From: Simkaniaceae bacterium
GTDB taxonomy: Bacteria; Chlamydiota; Chlamydiia; Chlamydiales; Simkaniaceae
Direction of reading: 5' to 3'
Length of the DNA: 46,762 nt
NCBI GenBank assembly: GCA_050248615.1
Contig: JBFWSA010000016.1
Span: forward strand, 1-46,762
The position numbers and the translations under genes were made by a program. Within the stretch, counting starts at the first letter, position 1. Every line of letters begins with the position of its first letter. The notes under the pieces were generated by a model, which did not search any database, was not told where the DNA came from, and saw only the letters and a program-made list of their open reading frames with translations. Shown one piece after another: positions 9,249 through 18,611 of this stretch.

Positions 9249-10805
9249 TCACGAATAAAGTTCTAGCTGCCTGGTTACACGTAAAACCTCAGCAGAAGTT
9301 GTGACTCCAGCTGCGGCTAATTTACCCCCCTGGGCACGGAGAGTTTGCATCCCTCCTTCTACGGCTGTTTTTTGAAGGGCATTGGCATCAGCACTTCTTA
9401 GAAGCTGCATCTTGATATTTTGCGATACAGGCATCAGTTCATAAACGCCACACCGCCCTCGATAGCCTGAACCAAAACACGATTCACACCCTTCTCCTTT
9501 GTAGAGCATGGAAACCTCTATCTCCAAATCTTCCAGCTCCTGAGAACTCGGTTTATATCCTACCTTACAGTGATCACAAATCTTGCGCAATAATCGTTGT
9601 GCTAAAATGGCTAAGACCGAGGAGGAGAGAAGGTAGGGCTCAATTCCCATATCTACCAATCGAGTGAGTGCGGAAGGAGCATCATTGGTGTGCAAAGTGC
9701 TTAAAACCAAATGCCCCGTTAACGACGATTGGATGGCGATCTCTGCCGTCTCCCGATCCCGAATTTCTCCAACCATAATCACATCAGGATCTTGACGGAG
9801 AATGTGGCGGAGACCTTTAGCAAAGGTTAAATCTATTTTTGGGTTCACTCCGATCTGGGCAATCCCTTGGAGTTTGTACTCCACGGGATCTTCAATCGTC
9901 ATGATATTCACTTCTTGAGAATAAATCTCTGTAATCGCACTGTAAAGCGTAGTGGTCTTTCCACTCCCCGTAGGGCCTGTGACTAGGATAATCCCTTGAT
10001 TTTGGTGTAAATACTTACGAAAGGTTTCGATCTCTGCCATTCCAATTTTATCGAGCCCCAAAAGGATATTGCTCTTATCGAGAATACGAAGGACAATGCG
10101 CTCACCATAAACCACAGGAACAGTACTGACACGGAAATCAATCTGCCTTCCTCCCAAAGAAAGCTTGATCCGCCCATCTTGTGGAAGGCGCCGCTCGGCA
10201 ATATCCATCTTAGCCATTACTTTAATCCGCGTCAGGAGCTGCTTCTGCAAATCGGGAGGGGGTGCATGACGAAACTGGAGAACTCCATCAATCCGATAAC
10301 GGATCGCCATCTCATTTTCTAAGGGTTCAAAATGAATATCGGAAGCCCCTTGCTGAATGGCTTCAATGATGATCATATTGAGGAGGCGAATGACGGGGGA
10401 GTCTTCCTGTTTTTCTAAAAGATCGTACTCATCCTCGCGTTCTTCTAAAAAGAACACTCCTCCCCCTTTTTTAAGCCCTTCAATGTAATTGGAAGCTTCC
10501 CGTTCTCCCTGGTGATAACATTTTTCAATCGCCTCTTCGAGATGCGTTTGAGGACAAAAGATTTCTTCGACTTCACACTCTGTCAAACAGCGAATTTCTT
10601 CTAACACTTCTAAATCATAGGGGCGCGAAATGGCAACAATCAGCTTCCCCTCTTTTTCTGCTACGGGGAGGGCCAGCTTTTGTTTCACAAAAGAGTAAGG
10701 GAGCTTTTGTACCTTTCCTTTCACAAAGGGATATTCAGATAGATCATAAACAGTCTCTAGTCCAAACCGTTTAGCAAAAACAAAATCTTCACTTTGATTA
10801 GCCAT
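9249..10805 (-). CDS. gspE: Type II secretion ATPase
   Basis: ASDIHFEP, PQDGRI, Walker A GPTGSGKTTT, LRQDPDVIMVGEIRD, two CxxC pairs. Start taken at MANQ (ORF track begins at 10817). Confidence 0.97.
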   Translation of the reverse strand: MANQSEDFVFAKRFGLETVYDLSEYPFVKGKVQKLPYSFVKQKLALPVAEKEGKLIVAISRPYDLEVLEEIRCLTECEVEEIFCPQTHLEEAIEKCYHQGEREASNYIEGLKKGGGVFFLEEREDEYDLLEKQEDSPVIRLLNMIIIEAIQQGASDIHFEPLENEMAIRYRIDGVLQFRHAPPPDLQKQLLTRIKVMAKMDIAERRLPQDGRIKLSLGGRQIDFRVSTVPVVYGERIVLRILDKSNILLGLDKIGMAEIETFRKYLHQNQGIILVTGPTGSGKTTTLYSAITEIYSQEVNIMTIEDPVEYKLQGIAQIGVNPKIDLTFAKGLRHILRQDPDVIMVGEIRDRETAEIAIQSSLTGHLVLSTLHTNDAPSALTRLVDMGIEPYLLSSSVLAILAQRLLRKICDHCKVGYKPSSQELEDLEIEVSMLYKGEGCESCFGSGYRGRCGVYELMPVSQNIKMQLLRSADANALQKTAVEGGMQTLRAQGGKLAAAGVTTSAEVLRVTRQLELYS

Positions 10806-13143
10806 CGACATGTCCAAAAAGAAGCTTCAAGCTATTATCAAAAAGGCGCTGTTTTTTCTTTTTCTTTGCCTCTTGAATACGTTCTAAAAACTCGGGGAGA
10901 TCTCCGGGTCTTTTAATCAATTGTTCATAACGAAGCCTTTCTAAATCCCCCTTTGCATCAAATACGATATGGGGAGTAATAAAAATAAACATCTCCGTCT
11001 TTTCATCTGTCATCCGCGAGTCTCCAAAAAACTTTCCAATACCTGGAAGTTCTCCTAAGAAGGGAAGTTTACTGCTGGAATCTTCTGCCGTTTTTTCCCT
11101 AAGACCTCCTAAAATCACTGTCTCCCCATCCGTCACACGGACATGATTTTCAATATGGCGACGGCTTACAGGAGGGCGGTCTGTCTGTGTTGTTTTCTTG
11201 ATGGTATCAAAAGTGATATTGGTTTCAAGAGTGACAAAATGTTTTTCATCATCGGGAAATTCAGGATCGTGAATGGTTGGGGTAATAACCACCGTTGTTC
11301 CATATTGGGCGCGGGAAAACTGAGGCGTAAAGGCGATTCCCTGATTCGTATCGATGGGGGCCGCACCCATATCAATCGAGATCTCCTCAACCAAGGAAAT
11401 CTGCGCCGGAGTTTGATTTAATGTTGTCACGGAGGGAGCCGCATTGATGCGGACATCTTCTTGTGCCATCAAAAAGTTGTACGCAATATCAAACGCAGGC
11501 CAAAAATGATTCGGTTTCTTCCGGAAAATAAAGAAGTCGACAATTCCGCGATTCGCAAGGCCGGGGGTGGTCTCATAACGGAGTCCTGTTTGATGGGTAT
11601 CTGTTGCAGCAGAGCCCAATCGTAACAAATTGAGCCCAAAATTGTTTTCATTTTTAATCCGTTTTTCAAAAAGAAGGACTTCGATTTGGACCATTTTTTT
11701 GGGAATATCGAGCTTTTGAATGAGTTCCTTGATTTTGCTTAAGGTGTCACGTCTCACCACCATCAGGATTGAACCGGTTTTCGGATAGGGGATAAAATTG
11801 GTGGTATAGGATTTTTCTTTCTGCGCTTCAATGGTTGCCCCTACAGCAGTTGGGGGATGAACCACAGAAGCATAGGGAGGGGGGCCATAAGTAGGAGGAG
11901 AGAGTTGGGGTGGAGGAGGATCGGGTTCGAGGGAACGTGTGGGAGGAAGGGGATCAAATTCTGGTTTCGGTGTTTGTCCCTCAATCCCTGAATAAACCAA
12001 AGAAGTATAGACCTTTTCAAGAACCTCAGCCATATCTAAGGGATCGCTATGGCGACAGGTATACCAAAAAACAGTCATTTCCATAGGGTCTTCAATTTGC
12101 CCTTCCGTTTCGTGGACAAGTCTTTCGGCACGCTCCACCAAATCCTTTGGACCAATGAGGACCAATGAGCCCTCTCCTTTTAAGGGTAAGATGATGAGAT
12201 CATCTCCCTCTCCTTTTGTGAGTCCTACACGGGGCTTTTGGGTAAGGTCTCCAAAATAAGCCTTTAGGATTTTCTCCATCTCATCGGGTTTGATGCGAGA
12301 CATTGAGAGAACGCGCGTCATTTTTTCGTTGTCTTTCTCCCAAACAGCTTCATATAGGGAGAGAAGTTTTTCGACTTCTTCTTTGGAAGAGATGATCGCA
12401 ATTTTGTACCCCACTTGATAAACAAAGGTCATTTTGGGATCACGGAAACGCTCAAAAAACTGAGAAACACCCTTAATACGCTCTGGGGGCGGAGAAAAAA
12501 CATAAGCCACCCGTGTTTTGGGGGGAATGCGCATGAAGTCGCGGGGATCATTTAAAATGTGATCGACAGCCACTAAATCTTGCTTAAGGATGTAAAGCTG
12601 ACGGGTATAGGAGTTAAGTTGTTTCACTCCAATCCCGTTATGGGAGAGGATAATTTCTAGAAGGTCACTCCACGATTCACGGGGAATGGGGACCCCAGAG
12701 TGGAGGTTGAGTTTCATCGCTAAGACTTCGGGGGGAACAATATAAAGATAGTCATTAGAGCCATATTCCATGATGAGCTGGGAAAGGGTGGTTTCATCTT
12801 GATCCCAAAGGGCATACCCCTCATCTTCTTTCTTCGACTCTGTAACGGCTAACTCATGCCACTCCTTTTCAAGCTCTCGAATTTCACTCCGAATCTGATT
12901 CACCTCTTTCAAGAGGTCGTGATAGTCCTCTTCTTTTGCCCCCTCTTTATGGTACTCGTTGACAAGTTCATATTTTTCATCCATTTGAGAACGGAGTCGA
13001 CGGAGCTGAATGTTCAGTTCATTTAAGAACGTGCGCAGCTCTTTCTCATCTTTCTGCAAGCGGAAAGAATCGCGCTTTTCTTCAATAGTCTGAGCACTTA
13101 AACACAGTGTAAAGAGTAGTAATAATAAAACCTTATTCTTCAC
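10798..13143 (-). CDS. gspD: Type II secretion secretin with an N-terminal coiled coil
   Basis: Signal peptide, LDIPKKMVQIEV, DGETVILGGL, KLPFLGELPGIGKFF, EMFIFITPHIV. Confidence 0.95.
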   Translation of the reverse strand: MKNKVLLLLLFTLCLSAQTIEEKRDSFRLQKDEKELRTFLNELNIQLRRLRSQMDEKYELVNEYHKEGAKEEDYHDLLKEVNQIRSEIRELEKEWHELAVTESKKEDEGYALWDQDETTLSQLIMEYGSNDYLYIVPPEVLAMKLNLHSGVPIPRESWSDLLEIILSHNGIGVKQLNSYTRQLYILKQDLVAVDHILNDPRDFMRIPPKTRVAYVFSPPPERIKGVSQFFERFRDPKMTFVYQVGYKIAIISSKEEVEKLLSLYEAVWEKDNEKMTRVLSMSRIKPDEMEKILKAYFGDLTQKPRVGLTKGEGDDLIILPLKGEGSLVLIGPKDLVERAERLVHETEGQIEDPMEMTVFWYTCRHSDPLDMAEVLEKVYTSLVYSGIEGQTPKPEFDPLPPTRSLEPDPPPPQLSPPTYGPPPYASVVHPPTAVGATIEAQKEKSYTTNFIPYPKTGSILMVVRRDTLSKIKELIQKLDIPKKMVQIEVLLFEKRIKNENNFGLNLLRLGSAATDTHQTGLRYETTPGLANRGIVDFFIFRKKPNHFWPAFDIAYNFLMAQEDVRINAAPSVTTLNQTPAQISLVEEISIDMGAAPIDTNQGIAFTPQFSRAQYGTTVVITPTIHDPEFPDDEKHFVTLETNITFDTIKKTTQTDRPPVSRRHIENHVRVTDGETVILGGLREKTAEDSSSKLPFLGELPGIGKFFGDSRMTDEKTEMFIFITPHIVFDAKGDLERLRYEQLIKRPGDLPEFLERIQEAKKKKKQRLFDNSLKLLFGHVDG

Positions 13144-14578
13144 TGGTTATTCCGTAATCGTCTATGGGCTCACTTCTTTTTCTGGATTTTTGAATGGGCC
13201 GTCTTATCTTTCGTTTTTGAATGGGTTCCTCATCCGGGGTTGCTGGTCGAATTTTAGTGGATATCGACTTTTTTGTGGGAGGAGAATGTTCACCTCCCTT
13301 TGGATGAGCAAAAGGAAGTCTTACACTTTGCATCTGAATACGCATAGGATCGAAGAGGGTTCCACAGAAAACAGGTTTTCCCTCTACCTTTTCAAGGCCA
13401 TCAAAAACAAAAAGCTCTCCTTTTACCTGAAAGTTTAGTACAGCTTCTACCTCCGTGAGACTTTTTAAAATGGTCCACCCCGTGGGAGTATGGAGCAACC
13501 AGTCTCCCTTTTTCAAAATCATCGCCTTATTATCAATACGGCAGGAAATGCGTGATGTCGTTCGTTGTCGCATCCGTGTGAAAATATCTTCTACTCGTAA
13601 GTTAAGGCCTCCTACCTTTTCTTTCGAAAGCCCCAACTGGACCCATTCGAGGCCGCTTTTATCCCAAAACTCCCATTCCATCCGATAAGGGGTGATAGAG
13701 ACTAGTCGGGCTAAGGGATAAGAGTGCCCATTGGGTGCACTTTGCCACTTCCCTTCTTTCCAAATATAAGTCTCCCCCTCCCTCACATGAAGAATATAGG
13801 GGATCCCCGCGCAGTCAAACTCCAAACGTTCTTTTCCAACTAGCTTCCCAAAATCTTCCCCTGCATAGAGTTCAAACAGACGATCGGGGGCCCACCATTT
13901 AACTTTTTTCATCTCCTCAAAGCCCTTAGAAAGAGCTGTGTCTTGTATTTTTTGACCAGGATCTTTCTTTAATAAACTTTCGATCTCAAACGCGCGCGTT
14001 TCATCTAAAAGGAGAGCTCCTGATTCAGAAACAAGTTTTACCCCCATCTCTAACCAAGTTTTACCACTTTCATTGAGATAAGGCTTTATCCACAGAGGGG
14101 TAGGATCTTTTGCAAAGTTTAAATGCTGCTGATTATAAGAAAGATAAAGTTTTTGTCCTGGAGCTACCTTGAGCGTTTTTTCACACCCTTTGAGACCCAT
14201 ATGTAATTTCACTTCATACAAAGTCGCATCGGGACGTGTATTTTTCCCTAAAAATAAGACCTCACTACTTAAATCGGGAAAAGGAAAACTCTGAATTTCA
14301 GACTTTAATGCTAAAGATCCACTCCCAATCTTGCTATAATCATACAGAGGCAGTGTTCCCTTCTCTTTTTTTAGTCCCGTGTATGTAAAGACTTCGACCT
14401 CAGTTTTTCTAAAAAAACTCAAAAGGAATGCGAGAGAAACGACCAGGGTAGCCCCTAGAAGCATCTTATTTAAGAGGCTTAAACTTTTGCAGATAGAGGT
14501 AAGAGATGTATGTTGCGCAATCAAAGTCAATCTCTTTAAAAAAAAATTCGAGCTAGATATCGCATTTATTTTATTCAT
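13133..14578 (-). CDS. Conserved chlamydial protein upstream of gspD (CT573-position gene), single TM
   Basis: Long ORF overlapping the gspD start, with one N-terminal TM segment. Same position as in the Chlamydia gsp operon. Start uncertain (14578 vs 14623). Confidence 0.65.
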   Translation of the reverse strand: MNKINAISSSNFFLKRLTLIAQHTSLTSICKSLSLLNKMLLGATLVVSLAFLLSFFRKTEVEVFTYTGLKKEKGTLPLYDYSKIGSGSLALKSEIQSFPFPDLSSEVLFLGKNTRPDATLYEVKLHMGLKGCEKTLKVAPGQKLYLSYNQQHLNFAKDPTPLWIKPYLNESGKTWLEMGVKLVSESGALLLDETRAFEIESLLKKDPGQKIQDTALSKGFEEMKKVKWWAPDRLFELYAGEDFGKLVGKERLEFDCAGIPYILHVREGETYIWKEGKWQSAPNGHSYPLARLVSITPYRMEWEFWDKSGLEWVQLGLSKEKVGGLNLRVEDIFTRMRQRTTSRISCRIDNKAMILKKGDWLLHTPTGWTILKSLTEVEAVLNFQVKGELFVFDGLEKVEGKPVFCGTLFDPMRIQMQSVRLPFAHPKGGEHSPPTKKSISTKIRPATPDEEPIQKRKIRRPIQKSRKRSEPIDDYGITSEE

Positions 14579-14701
14579 TTTAATGAAAAATTTCAAAGAA
14601 AACAGAAAACATCCAGATTGCAAAAAAAATATTTTATTCTAAACTAATAAATAGGGGCGCGAATGTGTTTAGACAGGCGCCGTATAGAACAAGAGTGAAA
14701 A

Positions 14702-15106
14702 ATGGGAAAAAAATTTAAAGAGGGCGTTAGCGTTCAAGAGCTTGAAAATTTCGGAAAGAAGTATCGTTTTGAGATCTTCTTCGTCGTTTACTTCCTGCTT
14801 GCGACACTGCTAACCTTTTTATTCTTCGGACCAGCTTGGAGCATATTACTAGCAGGTGTTGGGGGAATTTTGGGCGTTTGGCTCCCTAACAAAATCGAAA
14901 AGGCAGCAAGAGCCGCTTTTCAGTTTGTTTTCAAACAAGAAAAAGCAACAAAGCTGATCCTTGCGATTGTGGGAGTGATCGTTTCCTTCTTTCTGCCACC
15001 ACTGGTATTCTTCTTCATGGGACTCATGGGAGGAACAGGAATGCATGTAGCGGCTTCGAAAGTAACAAAGTTACACGATGAGGGGGAAGGCGGGGGAGGA
15101 CAGTAA
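14702..15106 (+). CDS. Hypothetical membrane protein
   Basis: 134 aa with two hydrophobic hairpins and a Gly-rich tail. Confidence 0.7.
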   Translation: MGKKFKEGVSVQELENFGKKYRFEIFFVVYFLLATLLTFLFFGPAWSILLAGVGGILGVWLPNKIEKAARAAFQFVFKQEKATKLILAIVGVIVSFFLPPLVFFFMGLMGGTGMHVAASKVTKLHDEGEGGGGQ

Positions 15107-15115
15107 GTTAAGCAT

Positions 15116-15835
15116 TTACTGCTTACTGATGTCCTCTTCTCTCGCCTGAATATAATCTAACAAGGTTGTCTCCTGCACGGTAAAGTGACTGAGCAGTTGC
15201 TTAAAACCTGCTTGTCCGATTTTTTGATCGGTGGAGACGTCCTTGTCCCAGCCGCCATACAGCTTGATCTCCTTCCATGCTGCAAGCTCCCCTTGATAAT
15301 CGCCTAATTCCTGGCATAAGGTCGCAATGCGCATGAGATTGAAAGCAAAAAGAGAAGAGTCCTCTTTTCCATTTCTCCAAAAGGACTCTTCTTTAAGAAG
15401 ATTTTCCTTCAGTGCATAAGCTTCTTTAAGCGCCTCAGCATACTTTCCACCGCTTATTTTCAAAGAGGTTTGAGCATAATCTGAGTAAAACGGTTGCTGC
15501 GTACGTTTCAAAGTTCTCTCAATATAAGGAGCCGCTTCTTCTGCCTGATGGATAGCCAAGAAATTCTGCCCAATTTGTGGGTCATAGTAAGCATGAAGTT
15601 CGGGATGCTTTTTCATGAGTTTCTGGAGACTTGCCAGATCTTCTCCCTTTTTTTCCAAGACCTGATCCCACTTTAAAAAGGCATTGGTTGCCGCTACAAA
15701 ATCTGCTTCTGCCCGACCTTTTCTGCTGCCAATCTTGACCACGATCAAGCCTAAAATAAGGACCAGTGGCAAGGCATAATAGAGGACCTTTTTCCAATCG
15801 AAAAAGAGTCTTTGGGGTAAGTCGACTTCCATCAT
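15116..15835 (-). CDS. Membrane-anchored helical (TPR-like) hypothetical protein
   Basis: N-terminal TM YALPLVLILGLIVV followed by TPR-like helices (A..AYALK, LGDYQGELAAW). Confidence 0.65.
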   Translation of the reverse strand: MMEVDLPQRLFFDWKKVLYYALPLVLILGLIVVKIGSRKGRAEADFVAATNAFLKWDQVLEKKGEDLASLQKLMKKHPELHAYYDPQIGQNFLAIHQAEEAAPYIERTLKRTQQPFYSDYAQTSLKISGGKYAEALKEAYALKENLLKEESFWRNGKEDSSLFAFNLMRIATLCQELGDYQGELAAWKEIKLYGGWDKDVSTDQKIGQAGFKQLLSHFTVQETTLLDYIQAREEDISKQ

Positions 15836-15886
15836 AAACCTATGTATTGCTTAAAAAGGACCCATTCTACCTGATCGAAGCATTTT

Positions 15887-16409
15887 CTACAAAACTGAGG
15901 CAACTTCTCCCTACGTGAGGGGTTGCAATTCTGAAGACCTAGATAGTGTCGTCATGAGTTGCTCATTCCCAAAGCATCTCCTATGGAAAATTTCTTCGTT
16001 GACCTGCTTCAAAAGCCCCATTTGGGCTTTCTCCATCGGTCGCCTTGAACTTTCCTCATAGGAGCCACTTCTTGAATGCCCATCTCATGACGACACTATC
16101 TAATAGAAAAAACAGCATGAGGTGTCCCAGCTGCAGCCCAACAAACCTCATTCTTAAGAAGATCTTCATCAATGAGCGTGCGGATTTTTTGTTTATGCCC
16201 TATGGGTGGAATCCCCCCAATTGCAAAACCGGTAACACGGCGCGTAAAATCAGCATCTGCTTTTTCAATCTTCTCCCCCAAAAGTTGAGCAACTGAGTAG
16301 CCTATAGCGTTTGCAGCTTCTTGAGCCGTTTGCATGCTTGCAGGCAACATCCCTTTCTCATTTAATACCCCTGAACCGATGCGGCACTTTTACTTAAAAT
16401 TTCTTTTAT
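15887..16409 (-). pseudogene. ybaK: YbaK/EbsC aminoacyl-tRNA deacylase pseudogene (frameshift, internal deletion, MITE insertion, nonsense codon)
   Basis: TAQEAANAIG, ADADFTRRVTGFAIGGIPPIGH, WAAAGTPHAVF. The N-terminus (I)KEILSKSAASVQ is in another frame. The C-terminus RSSELQPLT*GEVASVL* lies beyond the inserted element. Confidence 0.85.
15940..16102. mobile_element. Non-autonomous palindromic MITE with TA target-site duplication
   Basis: Perfect 19-bp inverted ends TAGATAGTGTCGTCATGAG (15940-15958) and CTCATGACGACACTATCTA (16084-16102). The interior is an imperfect palindrome. Removing the element plus one TA restores the ybaK frame. Confidence 0.85.
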
Positions 16410-17869
16410 AGCAGCTCCTCAAAAATGACATCGTTTACAATAAGTTCTTCAGACCAAAAAGTGTCTCTCATCCCTGCAAAAGTAATCAAGACAAGTTCGA
16501 CTTTTTTCTTTGTAGAGAAATTTTTTTCAAAAACTGTTATTTTGCTTGCAAGTTTTTGAGCATAAGCCTTGTCAACAACAAAGATTTTATCCGAATACTT
16601 GATTTCACAAAGGGTAATCACTCCATCATCTCGATCAAAAAGTAGATCTATCTGCGCTCCTTGATCTAAGCTATTTTTGGGGGGAATGTGCCGCCAACTT
16701 CCCACTTCAGAAGCAACTCCCTCTAAATCCAAAGCTTCACGTATTTTTTCTATATGCTTTAAACAAATAATTTCAAAAGCATACCCTGCCCAGGCAAGGG
16801 CCGCTGCTGTTTTGCTTTTTGTTTGCCAATAGTTCTTTGCTGAAATCACTCCTCTTCTTTTGATCGGTTCAATCCACCGCAAATAAAAGAGGACATACTC
16901 ATCAACCACTCGATAAAAAGAGTCCTTCCTTTTGTTTCCATAAGGTACATAGGTTTGAAGAAAACCTGCAGCCTCAAGTTCTAAAAAGCGTTGATGCAGT
17001 GTTCCACCCGTTGTTACTTTTACCTTCTCAATCAGCTCTTTCCGAGAAAGCCCCTCCTTTGAATGGGCAATGGCACGAATGATTTTTACATGAGTATCAG
17101 AATGTTCGAAAAGAGAGGTAAAAAGCCTTTCAAACTCACTATATAAGAAGCCATCCTTTCGAAAGCATAACTTATTAACAGCTTGTACTGCAGACATCCC
17201 TTTAGAAACCTGCTTTAAATAATAAGGAATACCCCCGAGCACCATATACAAGTCACATAACTGTTTGTGGTTTAAATGAATCCCTCGTGCAGATAAAAAC
17301 TCATCCGCATCTTTAAGAGAGTAGGGCTTTAATAATATTACCCTCGTAAGGCGATTGTGAAGCCCTCCTTTTGCATTGATTAATTGATCAAGCATCCATG
17401 ATGCTGCTGAACCACAAGCAATAAGGACAAGATTCTTCATCCCGCTCCAATGGCGATTCCAGTAATAATCTAAGGCTTCAATTAAGCCTGATCTCTTACT
17501 TGCAAGCCATGGAAGCTCATCTAAAAAAATAATACATTTTTTTGTTTTAGGAATTTTTTTCAGTTGATCGGTAAGAAGAGCAAATGCATCTTTCCAACTC
17601 TTGGGTTTCTGAATAGGGATACTTTGAAAAAAACTACTCGAGAAGATTTTTGCAAAATTTTCTAATTGTTCTTTCAGAGATCCATTTTTTTGACCAGTAA
17701 GCTCGAAATAGACCCCCTTGTTCGAAAAAAACTCTCGAATAAGATGAGTTTTCCCAACCCTCCTGCGTCCATATACAGCTATAAACTCTGCCTCTCTAGA
17801 TTTTAAGAGCTCTTTTAGAGTTTTTAACTCTTCTCTTCTTCCAATAATTTGTTTCTCTGACACACTCAC
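16406..17869 (-). CDS. AAA ATPase (archaeal-ATPase/DUF234-like) with a wHTH region and a C-terminal PD-(D/E)xK nuclease-like domain
   Basis: IIGRREEL, Walker A GRRRVGKT, Walker B IFLDELPW, CGSA, GGIPYYL, C-terminal QIDLL...CEIKY. GTG start. Confidence 0.85.
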   Translation of the reverse strand: MSVSEKQIIGRREELKTLKELLKSREAEFIAVYGRRRVGKTHLIREFFSNKGVYFELTGQKNGSLKEQLENFAKIFSSSFFQSIPIQKPKSWKDAFALLTDQLKKIPKTKKCIIFLDELPWLASKRSGLIEALDYYWNRHWSGMKNLVLIACGSAASWMLDQLINAKGGLHNRLTRVILLKPYSLKDADEFLSARGIHLNHKQLCDLYMVLGGIPYYLKQVSKGMSAVQAVNKLCFRKDGFLYSEFERLFTSLFEHSDTHVKIIRAIAHSKEGLSRKELIEKVKVTTGGTLHQRFLELEAAGFLQTYVPYGNKRKDSFYRVVDEYVLFYLRWIEPIKRRGVISAKNYWQTKSKTAAALAWAGYAFEIICLKHIEKIREALDLEGVASEVGSWRHIPPKNSLDQGAQIDLLFDRDDGVITLCEIKYSDKIFVVDKAYAQKLASKITVFEKNFSTKKKVELVLITFAGMRDTFWSEELIVNDVIFEELL

Positions 17870-17977
17870 CCAAAAGATTTGGCTAACTAACGATTTAGTT
17901 TAACCAGCCAAATCATTTTCAGTAAATAAGATTTGGCTGGATATAAATATCTTTTATTCAGCCAAATCTTTTTGGGT
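17868..17977. repeat. Array of two palindromic units GATTTGGCT-N21-AGCCAAATC (54-bp period), putative operator
   Basis: Half-sites at 17876-17884, 17906-17914, 17930-17938 and 17960-17968. Outer arms extend to ACCCAAAAGATTTGGCT and AGCCAAATCTTTTTGGGT. Confidence 0.85.
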
Positions 17978-18010
17978 AAAAAAAAGCCCCTTGCAATGAT
18001 TGCAAGGGGC
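17978..18010 (-). terminator. Rho-independent terminator of the 18038-18541 gene
   Basis: GCCCCTTGCAAT-g-ATTGCAAGGGGC hairpin followed by a T8 tract on the minus strand. Confidence 0.85.
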
Positions 18011-18037
18011 CTGTCGATAAGATTTAAAAAAGATGGA

Positions 18038-18541
18038 TTAACGTTGGATACCGAACCAGCCGCCTGTATCTCCACCGACCCACATTTGACCTTCTAGTTC
18101 TGGAAGGTACTGTTTACAGAGGGATAGAAGCTCTGAGTCTTGGGTAATATTATCCCCTAAATTGTATCCTTGGGGAACAAAGATGCGTCCTTGGTATTCT
18201 CCAGGAACACGCACTTGACCCGCCACATAGATTCCGTTTCCAACACTGTAGACTGCTTGATCAGCATTCCGCGTATAAATTGCAACATAGCCGCCATCAG
18301 GCCCTGTATAATGATTAAATGTTGGAAGTGTCTTTGCTGCAAAACCAGGCGCAGGCCAATTTACAACAACGTTGTTATTGACATACACTTGAAAGTCTTC
18401 TGGCAGGAAGAAAGGTTTCACATCTTTTTGAACACTATGGCAGCCCCATTTACAGTCTGTGCGACTACTTTCCAATAGATTCTCAAAACGTTCGCTATCA
18501 AACTCGATAGCATCCACTGTTGTATCTGCTGAAATTTCCAT
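18038..18541 (-). CDS. Hypothetical protein (Gly/aromatic-rich, ends WVGGDTGGWFGIQR)
   Basis: RBS GAAGGGGA before ATG 18541 (MEISADTT). Followed by a terminator. Confidence 0.7.
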   Translation of the reverse strand: MEISADTTVDAIEFDSERFENLLESSRTDCKWGCHSVQKDVKPFFLPEDFQVYVNNNVVVNWPAPGFAAKTLPTFNHYTGPDGGYVAIYTRNADQAVYSVGNGIYVAGQVRVPGEYQGRIFVPQGYNLGDNITQDSELLSLCKQYLPELEGQMWVGGDTGGWFGIQR

Positions 18542-18611
18542 AAAATCCCCTTCTAAATTAAAAGTTCGAAAAAACAAATGATAAAACAAAATAGAATAAA
18601 AATAATTATAT

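Noticed and set aside
15940..16102. 6S RNA (long rod of similar size)
   Set aside because: No large central bubble. The perfect terminal repeats with a TA duplication and restoration of the ybaK frame on excision favour an inserted element.
16045..16296. 83-aa plus-strand ORF as a MITE-encoded protein
   Set aside because: Antisense to ybaK, straddles the element end, and has no transposase motifs.
17868..17977. Mini-CRISPR array
   Set aside because: The repeats are only 9 bp and alternate in orientation, with no cas genes. The layout fits an operator or hairpin better.
17887..18075. 62-aa ORF between the hypothetical gene and the ATPase
   Set aside because: It runs through a strong terminator and the palindrome array and has no protein-like features.
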